Source of the DNA: a virus
Lineage: Duplodnaviria > Caudoviricetes
Strand: one strand, 5' to 3'
Virus record (IMG/VR): IMGVR_UViG_3300032318_001198
Span: 1-56,804 of that record
Length of the DNA: 56,804 bases
Shown piece by piece: positions 37,125 through 45,287 of the stretch; the first letter of the stretch is position 1, and every line of letters starts with the position of its first letter. The position numbers and the translations under genes are program-made. The notes beneath the pieces were generated by a model. It had not been told where the DNA came from and made no database searches. It worked only from the letters and a program-made list of their open reading frames with translations.

Positions 37125-38830
37125 GGATTTCTCTCCATAAATATCTTCTTACCTAGGTCGTAATTTGATATTGCGTTATGCTTAATAAAAATATCATCCT
37201 GCGGGGCTTGGGTGAAGAATGGATTCAGGTGTTTGAAGACTAAGTCTTTTGCTTCTACTTGAATGTCTTTTGTTCGATGGGTAAACTCGTTGTCCGAGAA
37301 AATTCCACTACAAACTTGGTAGGCTGGGTCGAATAGGTTGCCACCAAATCTATTATCGAGTGTTACCTTAGTACAAATTGCCATACAGAGTAGATCGTCT
37401 TTTCTGAAACCATCCGATACTGCTAGCACCGCTTCCTTTGTTGGGTCGGGAAGTCTTTGTCTAATCTCATCGTCCCATCCGTAGGGAGGTATCCAATCGT
37501 CGGACATCTGAACTATGTACTTACCTTTAGCGTTTCTGGCACAAGCATTCCACGCTCCAACGCAAGAGTTCTTACCAGAAACAATGTGGTCATATCCATC
37601 AAACTCTTCTGAGTGCTCGTCAATGCCGAAGATATGTTGGATTCGATTTGGATTTACGGCTTGAGACATAAAGTTCCACCGATTCATCTTAGCCACTTTC
37701 GGTCTTGCCGTGGCGTGGCAAAGAGTGATGTCATAATCTCCAAAATTCTTTGTTCTATCTTCATCCAGAAATCTTACTAGCTCGTAATCCTTTAGTGCTC
37801 TAGCACAACGTAGGTATAAATCTGGAGCCTCCCAATTATAGATAAAGTTTTTCTGAGTCCAGTAGGTAAGATTTGGTTTCGGGATTGAGCAAACTGACCG
37901 AGCTAACGCTAGGGAATCAGAAAAAAGCCTCCTATTAAAATAATCTTCGGCCAAGTAGAACAATGCCTCCGCTCGATGAGGCATTAGAGCATAAGCTTCG
38001 AGTAGCTCTTTTCGCTTTAGAACAGGGTCTACGTAAAGCCTACCAAGCATCGTATGGCATTGCGTTCTCATCACAATATCGATTCTCGAGTCCGCTAACG
38101 TCCTCCTGCACCATTCAGCCGAATCTTCATACTTGCCCTCTTGGAAGTACTCATCTGCTTTGTAGTAGTTATATAGATGACTTGCATCTAAGGAGTAATC
38201 TAGGATGGCGTGGTTTCTAACTACTGACGCTTTCTTGTGATCGATTGGGGAGTGCATTACAAGCGGGTGATGAGTACCGATAGCTTTCAATCCAGCACTA
38301 TCTATTGGCTTTAATTGTTCGTGGACTGGATACAACCAGTGCATTTTTCCTTTTCTGCTTAGTCGTTCTCGAACTGGAATAAGTCCAGCCAAGGGAACTT
38401 GATATCCGCAGAATACGCAGTCGTGATTTTCTTTTGCTTTGGATGTAATCTCCCAAAGAACTTTCTCTGCACCATCAATCAATAGGTCGTCGCAGTCGAA
38501 CCACATAGCCCACTCGCTAGTGCACGCTTGTAGGGCTTTGTTCCTAGCGTTGCAGAAGCTATCGATATGCTCCCAATCGGCGTTTCTAGGGGCATTCTCG
38601 TACGAAATTACCCTAGCTCCGTACCTCTTTCCAACTTCCTCGAGTATCGGCAAGCCCTCAGCGGTATGCTTTCCCATTGCCGAGCACAGAACGATCTCGT
38701 CTGGCTTTAGTACTTTGAAGGATTCAAGTGCTCTCGCTACATATTTACTGGCACACTCTCGAGAAACTATTGCGTAAAGGGAAAGGGTAAATGGAAATTT
38801 AGTTGCGGGTTGTGTCTGTGATTCGTTCAT
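37121..38830 (-). CDS. GT2 - TPR - GT2 bifunctional glycosyltransferase
   Basis: F..ARN, W.DCDD, VHE; TPR-like middle (RAEA); C-terminal HATAR, SDD. Confidence 0.8.
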   Translation of the reverse strand: MNESQTQPATKFPFTLSLYAIVSRECASKYVARALESFKVLKPDEIVLCSAMGKHTAEGLPILEEVGKRYGARVISYENAPRNADWEHIDSFCNARNKALQACTSEWAMWFDCDDLLIDGAEKVLWEITSKAKENHDCVFCGYQVPLAGLIPVRERLSRKGKMHWLYPVHEQLKPIDSAGLKAIGTHHPLVMHSPIDHKKASVVRNHAILDYSLDASHLYNYYKADEYFQEGKYEDSAEWCRRTLADSRIDIVMRTQCHTMLGRLYVDPVLKRKELLEAYALMPHRAEALFYLAEDYFNRRLFSDSLALARSVCSIPKPNLTYWTQKNFIYNWEAPDLYLRCARALKDYELVRFLDEDRTKNFGDYDITLCHATARPKVAKMNRWNFMSQAVNPNRIQHIFGIDEHSEEFDGYDHIVSGKNSCVGAWNACARNAKGKYIVQMSDDWIPPYGWDDEIRQRLPDPTKEAVLAVSDGFRKDDLLCMAICTKVTLDNRFGGNLFDPAYQVCSGIFSDNEFTHRTKDIQVEAKDLVFKHLNPFFTQAPQDDIFIKHNAISNYDLGKKIFMERNP

Positions 38831-38869
38831 TCACCTTCTTATATTGAAAGACGGATAGATGGCAACAAC

Positions 38870-38901
38870 AAAAAGCCCCCTAGCGGTTAGGCTAGAGGGC
38901 T
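38870..38901 (-). terminator. Rho-independent terminator after major capsid gene
   Basis: AGCCCTCTAGC-CTAACC-GCTAGGGGGCT-TTTT. Confidence 0.85.
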
Positions 38902-38930
38902 GTCTGTAAGAACGTGTTGTTCTAAGAGTA

Positions 38931-39884
38931 TTAAGCCTGCGTAGTGATCAACTCTGCTGCCGTGGAGTCGATGATTTTCACCACACGATTCGAGCGAACT
39001 CGGAGGATGTTGCTCCGACGATTTTCGTCACGATAGCTCTCGGTAACGAAAGGTGCACTTGCATCTTCGCTCCAGATAATCGTGCGAGCAATCCCGCCCG
39101 CCGCGAAGTCACCACCCGCAATGCTAGCAACGCTAACATAGGTCTTGGGAACAATGAATGCACCGCTGTAAGCCGCGCCCTTCGCCGCCGCGTTATACGC
39201 TGCCCGTGCAACGTAGCAATTTTCAACACCGCAAACTGCCGCGAGTTCAGCTTCGCTCAGAGTCCGACGAGAATCACTCGCCACCACTCCGAAGAACTGG
39301 TTCTGAACCAAGGTCGCACGACGAACGATGTCGAACACTTCTTGATTCATAATGACGGCATTAGGAATTACGCCTTTGAGCAAGAGCCTCTGTTTCGCAG
39401 AGGCGATGTCCGCAACGAATGATAGAGTTGCAAGATTTGCAACCGTGTATGCCGTTGTTGAGCTAGTTGCGTTAAAGGTTGAATTATTCATCACAGCCGC
39501 CGACATTTCAACTTCGTGGCCGATGGTGATGTTGCGGAGAAGAATCTTCGCAGTTTCAGTTTCGAGACCAAAAAAGCGTGCAACATCTGATGCAAGTGCA
39601 TCTGGCACAACCTCTTCCAGTCCGTATTCGAAACAGGTAAAATTATCTGTGTCGAAAGCCCTAGTAGTACGTGGGTAGCTGCTTCCAGCCTGCACCTTAG
39701 AAGCGTCAGAGTTTAGAAGCTCTGCATTTCCGAGGTTAAGCTTTAGGTATTGTCCAGCACGAACTGGCGATGTATAGATAGGGGCAACTTTTGCTCCGAT
39801 AAACGCATCGTTGTTATTTTGACCTTGGATGACGGCAGTTGTTACGTCACCACGAAGGGTTGCACCAGAGGTAATATAAGCCAT
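38931..39884 (-). CDS. Major capsid protein (lambda gpE-like)
   Basis: 317 aa after cement gene; GLEE.V, GVIPNAVIM, ESYRDE. Confidence 0.85.
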   Translation of the reverse strand: MAYITSGATLRGDVTTAVIQGQNNNDAFIGAKVAPIYTSPVRAGQYLKLNLGNAELLNSDASKVQAGSSYPRTTRAFDTDNFTCFEYGLEEVVPDALASDVARFFGLETETAKILLRNITIGHEVEMSAAVMNNSTFNATSSTTAYTVANLATLSFVADIASAKQRLLLKGVIPNAVIMNQEVFDIVRRATLVQNQFFGVVASDSRRTLSEAELAAVCGVENCYVARAAYNAAAKGAAYSGAFIVPKTYVSVASIAGGDFAAGGIARTIIWSEDASAPFVTESYRDENRRSNILRVRSNRVVKIIDSTAAELITTQA

Positions 39885-39902
39885 ATAATTAAGTTCCTTT
39901 CT

Positions 39903-40244
39903 TTAGACCAAAAATACTTCAACAACCGTATTGGCTGATTGAGCATTGCGAGCTACACCGAGTCGCACGGTTCCAGTAGTGGAAACTTGTCCAGTAGCAC
40001 CAACATAGAGAGCATCTCCTGCTGTGCAGGCATTTGCGAGGCGAGCAAAAGTGGAGGGACGATTAAGCTTAATCAAGCCAACGTCACCACTCGTCACATC
40101 GTTTTGAAGGGTTCCAATAGCCAAGCCAGCGGTTGCACTAACTTGTGCCGTGTTATCCGTGGTGCTCATAATTACTAGCGAGTTTGCTGTAACCGTTGAG
40201 GCGAACAACAAAGACGCATATCCAGAATCATATTGCGTAGACAT
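39903..40244 (-). CDS. Capsid cement/decoration protein (DUF2190-like)
   Basis: Small Ala/Thr-rich; AGD.LY...G.V, G.A. Confidence 0.75.
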   Translation of the reverse strand: MSTQYDSGYASLLFASTVTANSLVIMSTTDNTAQVSATAGLAIGTLQNDVTSGDVGLIKLNRPSTFARLANACTAGDALYVGATGQVSTTGTVRLGVARNAQSANTVVEVFLV

Positions 40245-40262
40245 ATTTTTAGGTTCCTTTCC

Positions 40263-40796
40263 TTAGATAACACCGATTCCGCCAGCATTAAGTTCTTTAA
40301 TGTACTGGTCGTTATATTTACCAACACAAAGACGAAGTGATTCGCCCTTGGAGATGTTGTTTTGTTTCATCTCGAAATTTACTAACTCGGCAAAAGTTGT
40401 GGGAGCTTTAACTTCCAACTCACTTCCGCTCGCAATAGGAGCAGAAGCGATCTTGCCAAGTTCACGCTTGATCTCACCAAGAACGGCAGAGAGTTCAGTT
40501 GTAGCCGTGCTCTTAGCAGACATTTCAGCTTGAGAAGGATTCTCCTTATCTTTCTTGATTGTGGTCGTTGGCTGAGTTTCTTTCGTGTAAGGGAATGCAC
40601 CCATCTCTTCCTTATCGGTTCCTTCGCCCTTCATAGTTCCCTCCATCTTGGCAATACGATCTTCAATCGCACCTAGGCGTACATTGAGGGCTTCAAAATC
40701 AAAGGTTTCAAAGGTAGTTGTGGGCTTAAGAGCGTCTTGTGCACGGCTCTTAGCGTCAGTACCCTCGGTAATGTCGATATCGGGCTTTGTTTGCAT
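40263..40796 (-). CDS. Nested scaffold protein from internal start (Nu3-like)
   Basis: In-frame ATG (MQTKPD) preceded by TTGACA-14 motif. Confidence 0.55.
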   Translation of the reverse strand: MQTKPDIDITEGTDAKSRAQDALKPTTTFETFDFEALNVRLGAIEDRIAKMEGTMKGEGTDKEEMGAFPYTKETQPTTTIKKDKENPSQAEMSAKSTATTELSAVLGEIKRELGKIASAPIASGSELEVKAPTTFAELVNFEMKQNNISKGESLRLCVGKYNDQYIKELNAGGIGVI

Positions 40797-41759
40797 ATCG
40801 TTAATGTTGCTGTCAACCGCTATACAACTATTTTTAGCAGAAAAAAGTCCTGTGGGGTTCGAAGCTGGATTCTGAACTAGGTCAGCAGAATACAATTCTG
40901 AGCATCGTGCCAAGTCTAATCCATCTAAGTTTTTCTCTGATTCACCCGAGAAGCTGATTGAGATTCCAAAACTTTCTGGAATAGATTTAGCTAAGTCCAT
41001 ATAATACTTAGCCCTCTCTGCTCTGCTATCTAAGAATGTTAAATCTGCCAATAGCTTAGTCCCGCTATCGTCGATTCTGAAATTGTTTAGCTTACCAATG
41101 ATGTCGCCAATCCCTGCTCCGTGATTTTCGTTTACCTTAACTCCGTTAGCATAGGACTCGGCACATTGTTTTACTTGTTCTAGCGTTACAGAATCGATCT
41201 CTAAGTTATGACCCTTTGCAGTTCCCGATGTTAGTACTGACACAGCGGGAATGGTGAATGAGGCAACTTGCGTTTCCTCTCCCTTCCTAACTGGTCGACG
41301 TTTAAGAATTGGAGTTCCGCCCCCTTCTTTTGTTCCAAGCTCTCCGTCATCGATCATCTCTGGTTCCTCTGGAGCGGTTTCCAAGGCAGGAGCGATAGGC
41401 TCGCTGTCTGTGCCAGCTTGATCATCTGAATTGTATTCTGCGTCCGCCTCTGACTCATAGATATCATTGCAAGCATCGATACGATCTTGCATATCGGGAT
41501 AGGCTTTAGCCATTGAAGCGTCCGCAATGAACCTCTTTATAAACTCGCTATAGGTTTCACCCGCCATAGGGGATAGGTCTGAGCCGTCATCCATATCACA
41601 GCAGGAACCAAAGTCTTTTGCGTGGTTCTTTAGGATGCTTTTCCCAACCGCATATCTCTGTTTCTTATCGGGATACTCCTTGATAAAAGAGGCATTGCCC
41701 ATAATTTTATTCATATAGTCTTCGCTAGTTTGTTTAGGTTTGGGTTTTAAGAGGGGCAT
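40263..41759 (-). CDS. Prohead protease/scaffold fusion
   Basis: G.AKGH, ENH, FGISISF, SADLV.NPASNP.GLFS; acidic helical C-terminus. Confidence 0.75.
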   Translation of the reverse strand: MPLLKPKPKQTSEDYMNKIMGNASFIKEYPDKKQRYAVGKSILKNHAKDFGSCCDMDDGSDLSPMAGETYSEFIKRFIADASMAKAYPDMQDRIDACNDIYESEADAEYNSDDQAGTDSEPIAPALETAPEEPEMIDDGELGTKEGGGTPILKRRPVRKGEETQVASFTIPAVSVLTSGTAKGHNLEIDSVTLEQVKQCAESYANGVKVNENHGAGIGDIIGKLNNFRIDDSGTKLLADLTFLDSRAERAKYYMDLAKSIPESFGISISFSGESEKNLDGLDLARCSELYSADLVQNPASNPTGLFSAKNSCIAVDSNINDMQTKPDIDITEGTDAKSRAQDALKPTTTFETFDFEALNVRLGAIEDRIAKMEGTMKGEGTDKEEMGAFPYTKETQPTTTIKKDKENPSQAEMSAKSTATTELSAVLGEIKRELGKIASAPIASGSELEVKAPTTFAELVNFEMKQNNISKGESLRLCVGKYNDQYIKELNAGGIGVI

Positions 41760-41819
41760 ACCAAGTTGTATCTGTCAACTTGCTATACGTATAGTAGTTA
41801 AAGTTCTCTATATGTACGC

Positions 41820-41930
41820 AAAAATCCCTCGGCCACACAAGGCGGACGAGGGACTAGTGCGATGGGTTAAATGCTAGGGGAAAAAGCAACCCTAGTTTCG
41901 GAGCATTCCTCCGAATATAACCATCACATC
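41820..41930 (-). ncRNA. Candidate structured small RNA with terminator
   Basis: Three-way junction plus GC hairpin/U-tract in a 250-bp intergenic gap, -10-like boxes upstream. Confidence 0.6.
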
Positions 41931-42012
41931 GATTCTAGTATATAAAATACAACTGCAAATAATCCTAAGTAGAAAAAACTCGCTACTATCCATCCTTTCA
42001 AAAAGTCTGCAT

Positions 42013-42273
42013 TCATTTCTGGTTACTCCTTATATGGTTTACTAGTCCTGCTAGTTTTTGTTCTATGATTCCTCTGCACCGAGAAATTGCCTCTAGCTCA
42101 CTCCGAGCATATATCGCAGTCGGGAATATCTTTAGCCATCTGCGATTATAAACGTTATAGAGGGAATACCCATTTTTCTTTTTAGAATCTCCTACCTCTA
42201 CGGCGTGCCGAACGTCGAGTAGGCTGGAGCCTCCAATCATTTGAACACCCTCTGCTAGTTGATCTAATCTCAT
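42013..42273 (-). CDS. Hypothetical protein
   Basis: GGAGG SD upstream. Confidence 0.55.
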   Translation of the reverse strand: MRLDQLAEGVQMIGGSSLLDVRHAVEVGDSKKKNGYSLYNVYNRRWLKIFPTAIYARSELEAISRCRGIIEQKLAGLVNHIRSNQK

Positions 42274-42275
42274 AG

Positions 42276-43133
42276 TTAGAATCCTCCAATCGTCTCAGCG
42301 GTAGTTTTAAGCCCTCCACGTCCCGCTGACTTTGAACGTAGGCTGGCTTGGTACTGTGCTTCAAAGCGATCATCGTCGGACTTGAACCCGATCTTCTTTT
42401 CAACATCGTCCGTACGCTTGAGGAGTGAACAAGCTTGATCGAATAGGCTTGGTTGCTTTTTGTATTCGTAAGACTTCGGCTTGTAGCAAGTTGGGAGAAC
42501 TCCATCGTCCCAAGGGATTTCGTCGTGATACCCCGAGTACCAACTCTTCCGAGAGAGTGGGGTGTACTTCTTTGTTCGGTAGTTCCAATGAAGGTTCGAG
42601 TACCACACACCATCCGTGTGCTTAACCCAACCTTCGTTGTACATAAAAGCTCCTTTTTTCGATAGGACGCAGAACTTGCCACCGAACGTGTGGATTGCTT
42701 TTAGTCCCTTGATGGAAGCAACAACCGCACCCGCCCGAGAGTCAGAGAACAGACCCGCTGGACGAGCGATATTTGCACTCTTGATTGCCTTATCGAGATT
42801 CTTCTCCCAATCTCCCCAAGTGCCGTTATGGAACAGGACTCGCTTTGCTGAACCGCTTAGTCCCTCAGAGGGATTGCGAGAGATGGGGAATGGATGGCAT
42901 AGGACTGGCTGAACCCCGCCAACCGTTGCAATACGGAAGTGAGCCACAATTTGCCCCTTCTTGGTTTGAAGGATATTGTGGATAAATTTAGCGTCAACGT
43001 TCTTGACGTACTGAGGTCGTCCATTCTCAAGCCAAGCAACGCCACCACCGTCACGATTTGAGGCTTGGCAAGCGAGAAGAGTTTCCAAGCTTGGCCGAGT
43101 CTTTTTATCTACCGATATTAGAATTACACACAT
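42276..43133 (-). CDS. Class II (Ntn) glutamine amidotransferase
   Basis: N-terminal MC, N.DG.G, HFRIATVG, HPF, FHNG, SDS. Confidence 0.88.
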   Translation of the reverse strand: MCVILISVDKKTRPSLETLLACQASNRDGGGVAWLENGRPQYVKNVDAKFIHNILQTKKGQIVAHFRIATVGGVQPVLCHPFPISRNPSEGLSGSAKRVLFHNGTWGDWEKNLDKAIKSANIARPAGLFSDSRAGAVVASIKGLKAIHTFGGKFCVLSKKGAFMYNEGWVKHTDGVWYSNLHWNYRTKKYTPLSRKSWYSGYHDEIPWDDGVLPTCYKPKSYEYKKQPSLFDQACSLLKRTDDVEKKIGFKSDDDRFEAQYQASLRSKSAGRGGLKTTAETIGGF

Positions 43134-43160
43134 TGTTTTTTTTCTCCTTTTTCTATTTAC

Positions 43161-43189
43161 ATACTACACTATGGGAAGCTGGTTGGCAA
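43161..43189 (-). promoter_or_regulatory. Early promoter with operator
   Basis: TTGCCA-17-TAGTAT. Confidence 0.75.
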
Positions 43190-43192
43190 GCA

Positions 43193-44242
43193 TTAATTTG
43201 ACCGAGTTGCTCCTGCAATGTGAGTCCGAAAGGATGGGGAGTTGAATAGGGCAACCGCACTATCGGTATTCCGTCCTTCGGTTGGGATTGCTGGAACCTC
43301 GTAATTTTGCGAGCGGAGTCGGTCAAAGTGAAGGCAAGAGGCAAACCCCCAATCGAATTGAACCTTTGCCCGAGCTTTGAGGGTGGGATAGGCATTCGTT
43401 ACATCCCGCCGAGCCGAGCGACTCCAGAAGAATCGGAAAAGCTCAGAGGAGTTGATCTGCTCCTCGCTCCACCCCGAGGTCTTCCGCTTGCTGGCTTGTT
43501 GGGCAATCGCCAAACAAGTTGTGAGAATGACGAGAACTTTTGTAGGATTCAAGGTGGTCGAGAAACTCCGAAACTCGAACGTGCCGTTCGTCTTGATCTT
43601 GGTGAAGTTGATGAGGGCGTATTTCCCGATGTCGATGAAAGGGACTCGGAGTGCCCCCGACGAGGTGTGGGACGGAGACTGGCGAAGATCAGCTTTGCTA
43701 TTCCGAATCGCCCGATCTTGTTCCCGAGAGGAAAGAACCCTGCACCAACCGCTCAAGTCCCTCCGTTCTGCATTCTGGCCGAACAGAACTGGTGAGAGAC
43801 GATAGCCAAGCTTTGCAACGGATTCACAAAAGTCGACGATCTTGGCTGGCGAGTTGGAGTCGATGAAGTTTCCAGCGTGCAGAGTGACGTGGATTCCGCC
43901 TTGAGTCTGACCCGCTTGACGAATCGGACGCTTGCCCCCGATGGCTTTTATGAAAGCTAGGAAAGCAAGGATATTCTGGATTCCAGCGTCACCCTTGAGG
44001 ATGGGCGAAACAAACTCGCACTTTTTGTAGCCATTCTGAGTACGGATTGAGGGGTCTTCGTCGGCTTTCCAACACTCACCGTTGAATGTCGGTGCAACGT
44101 GAACAACCCCATCAGAGGTTGTTACCGATCTGATAGGAAGTCCTCGTCCGTGGGAGCCAATAGAGATTTGCAAGCTCTGAGGAATTGAGGTTTCGATTTC
44201 TATTCCGAACGTCTTTTCTTGGGCGTTTTCTTGATTGATCAT
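43193..44242 (-). CDS. Amidoligase (COOH-NH2 ligase, GS-like)
   Basis: FGIEIE, D.S, EFVSPIL, G.HV, KY..IN, T.EFR. Confidence 0.85.
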   Translation of the reverse strand: MINQENAQEKTFGIEIETSIPQSLQISIGSHGRGLPIRSVTTSDGVVHVAPTFNGECWKADEDPSIRTQNGYKKCEFVSPILKGDAGIQNILAFLAFIKAIGGKRPIRQAGQTQGGIHVTLHAGNFIDSNSPAKIVDFCESVAKLGYRLSPVLFGQNAERRDLSGWCRVLSSREQDRAIRNSKADLRQSPSHTSSGALRVPFIDIGKYALINFTKIKTNGTFEFRSFSTTLNPTKVLVILTTCLAIAQQASKRKTSGWSEEQINSSELFRFFWSRSARRDVTNAYPTLKARAKVQFDWGFASCLHFDRLRSQNYEVPAIPTEGRNTDSAVALFNSPSFRTHIAGATRSN

Positions 44243-44248
44243 ACGAAG

Positions 44249-44277
44249 AGATTACCATATGCCAACCCGCTTTGCAA
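44249..44277 (-). promoter_or_regulatory. Early leaderless promoter with operator
   Basis: TTGCAA-17-TAATCT-6-ATG. Confidence 0.75.
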
Positions 44278-44324
44278 GAAGTATTTTAAGATAATTGTAA
44301 ATAGTTGTAAGTCGTTGATTCTCC

Positions 44325-44855
44325 CTAGGAGACTATCCAGCGGAGATTCTTGTCCGCATCTGATCTACTCTCATTTTTGGCGAGTCTTACGCAATCAGAT
44401 AAGGTTTTATTGCTTTTTATGTTCTCGATTTTTGTCTTCCGCCCTAGGAGAAATGTTGGTGACTGGTCACTCCCTCTCGTAGTTGCCCTATGCCGTAAGG
44501 TCTCCTCGTCCGCTGATAGTATTAAGATGCGTAGGATTGTGTTTGGGAGCGATTGTAGGGCTTCTAGGAATGAAGAATTAAAAAGCCTATCTCCCTCGAA
44601 TATCAAATTCCCCTTGGTGCGTTTAATAAACTCAAGTGCGTATGGGGCGATTGAGAATGAAAACTTATCAGTTCCAGAAAAGAGTTCCTTTTTGTCGTAT
44701 ATTCCAAGGACATAGGAACCAAGAAAAGGATTGTAAAGATGGGGTACGCTGTGATGTATGTAGGGTTTCCAGCCATCAGTCATAGCTAGGTATTGGCGAA
44801 CCAAAGAAGTTTTGCCCGAGCTAGGCACTCCACCGATGGCAGTTATCACTCTCAT
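44325..44855 (-). CDS. P-loop nucleotide kinase of the type linked to phage base-modification systems
   Basis: GGVPSSGKT, F.GTD..S, FEGDRL, RGS.Q...F..GR.TK. Confidence 0.7.
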   Translation of the reverse strand: MRVITAIGGVPSSGKTSLVRQYLAMTDGWKPYIHHSVPHLYNPFLGSYVLGIYDKKELFSGTDKFSFSIAPYALEFIKRTKGNLIFEGDRLFNSSFLEALQSLPNTILRILILSADEETLRHRATTRGSDQSPTFLLGRKTKIENIKSNKTLSDCVRLAKNESRSDADKNLRWIVS

Positions 44856-45107
44856 CGAAGTATCCAGAATCTATTTTATTTTTTTTCTTTTCTACTAGGG
44901 GATTCGTAGAGAGGATTTAGTTCGAGTCGTTCGGGGCACACCGCTTAGTTCAAATGGCTTTATGATCTCGAATTAAATAAAAAAACAATAAAAAAAACCT
45001 TTAATATGTATTTCCTTATGAAAGTAAAACTATCTATGTCTGATCTCTTAACCTCTTGGGGGGATAGTAAGGGGGGAGAATTTTAGTACGTCAAGCTTAT
45101 TCTGATT

Positions 45108-45287
45108 TTACTCAAGAGATTTAATTTTAGGCTTATCTTTTTCTCCGCCTTGAATGACTGCGGTGGGGATGGTCGACGGAGGAGTTACTCCAGTCATAAG
45201 GTCTTCCTTTTTGGGGTGGAAAATTTCAATATCATTGTCCCAATTCATACGATTTTCGAACGTATTTTCATCCCATTTGTTCTTCAT
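45108..45287 (-). CDS. Small protein downstream of ART, candidate immunity (59 aa, not in ORF track)
   Basis: ATGA overlap with ART gene stop; MKNKWDENTFENRMNWDNDIEIF. Confidence 0.5.
   Translation of the reverse strand: MKNKWDENTFENRMNWDNDIEIFHPKKEDLMTGVTPPSTIPTAVIQGGEKDKPKIKSLE

Noticed and set aside
42182-42682. 166-aa overlapping minus-strand ORF
   Set aside because: Alternate frame within the amidotransferase gene, no motifs or start signals
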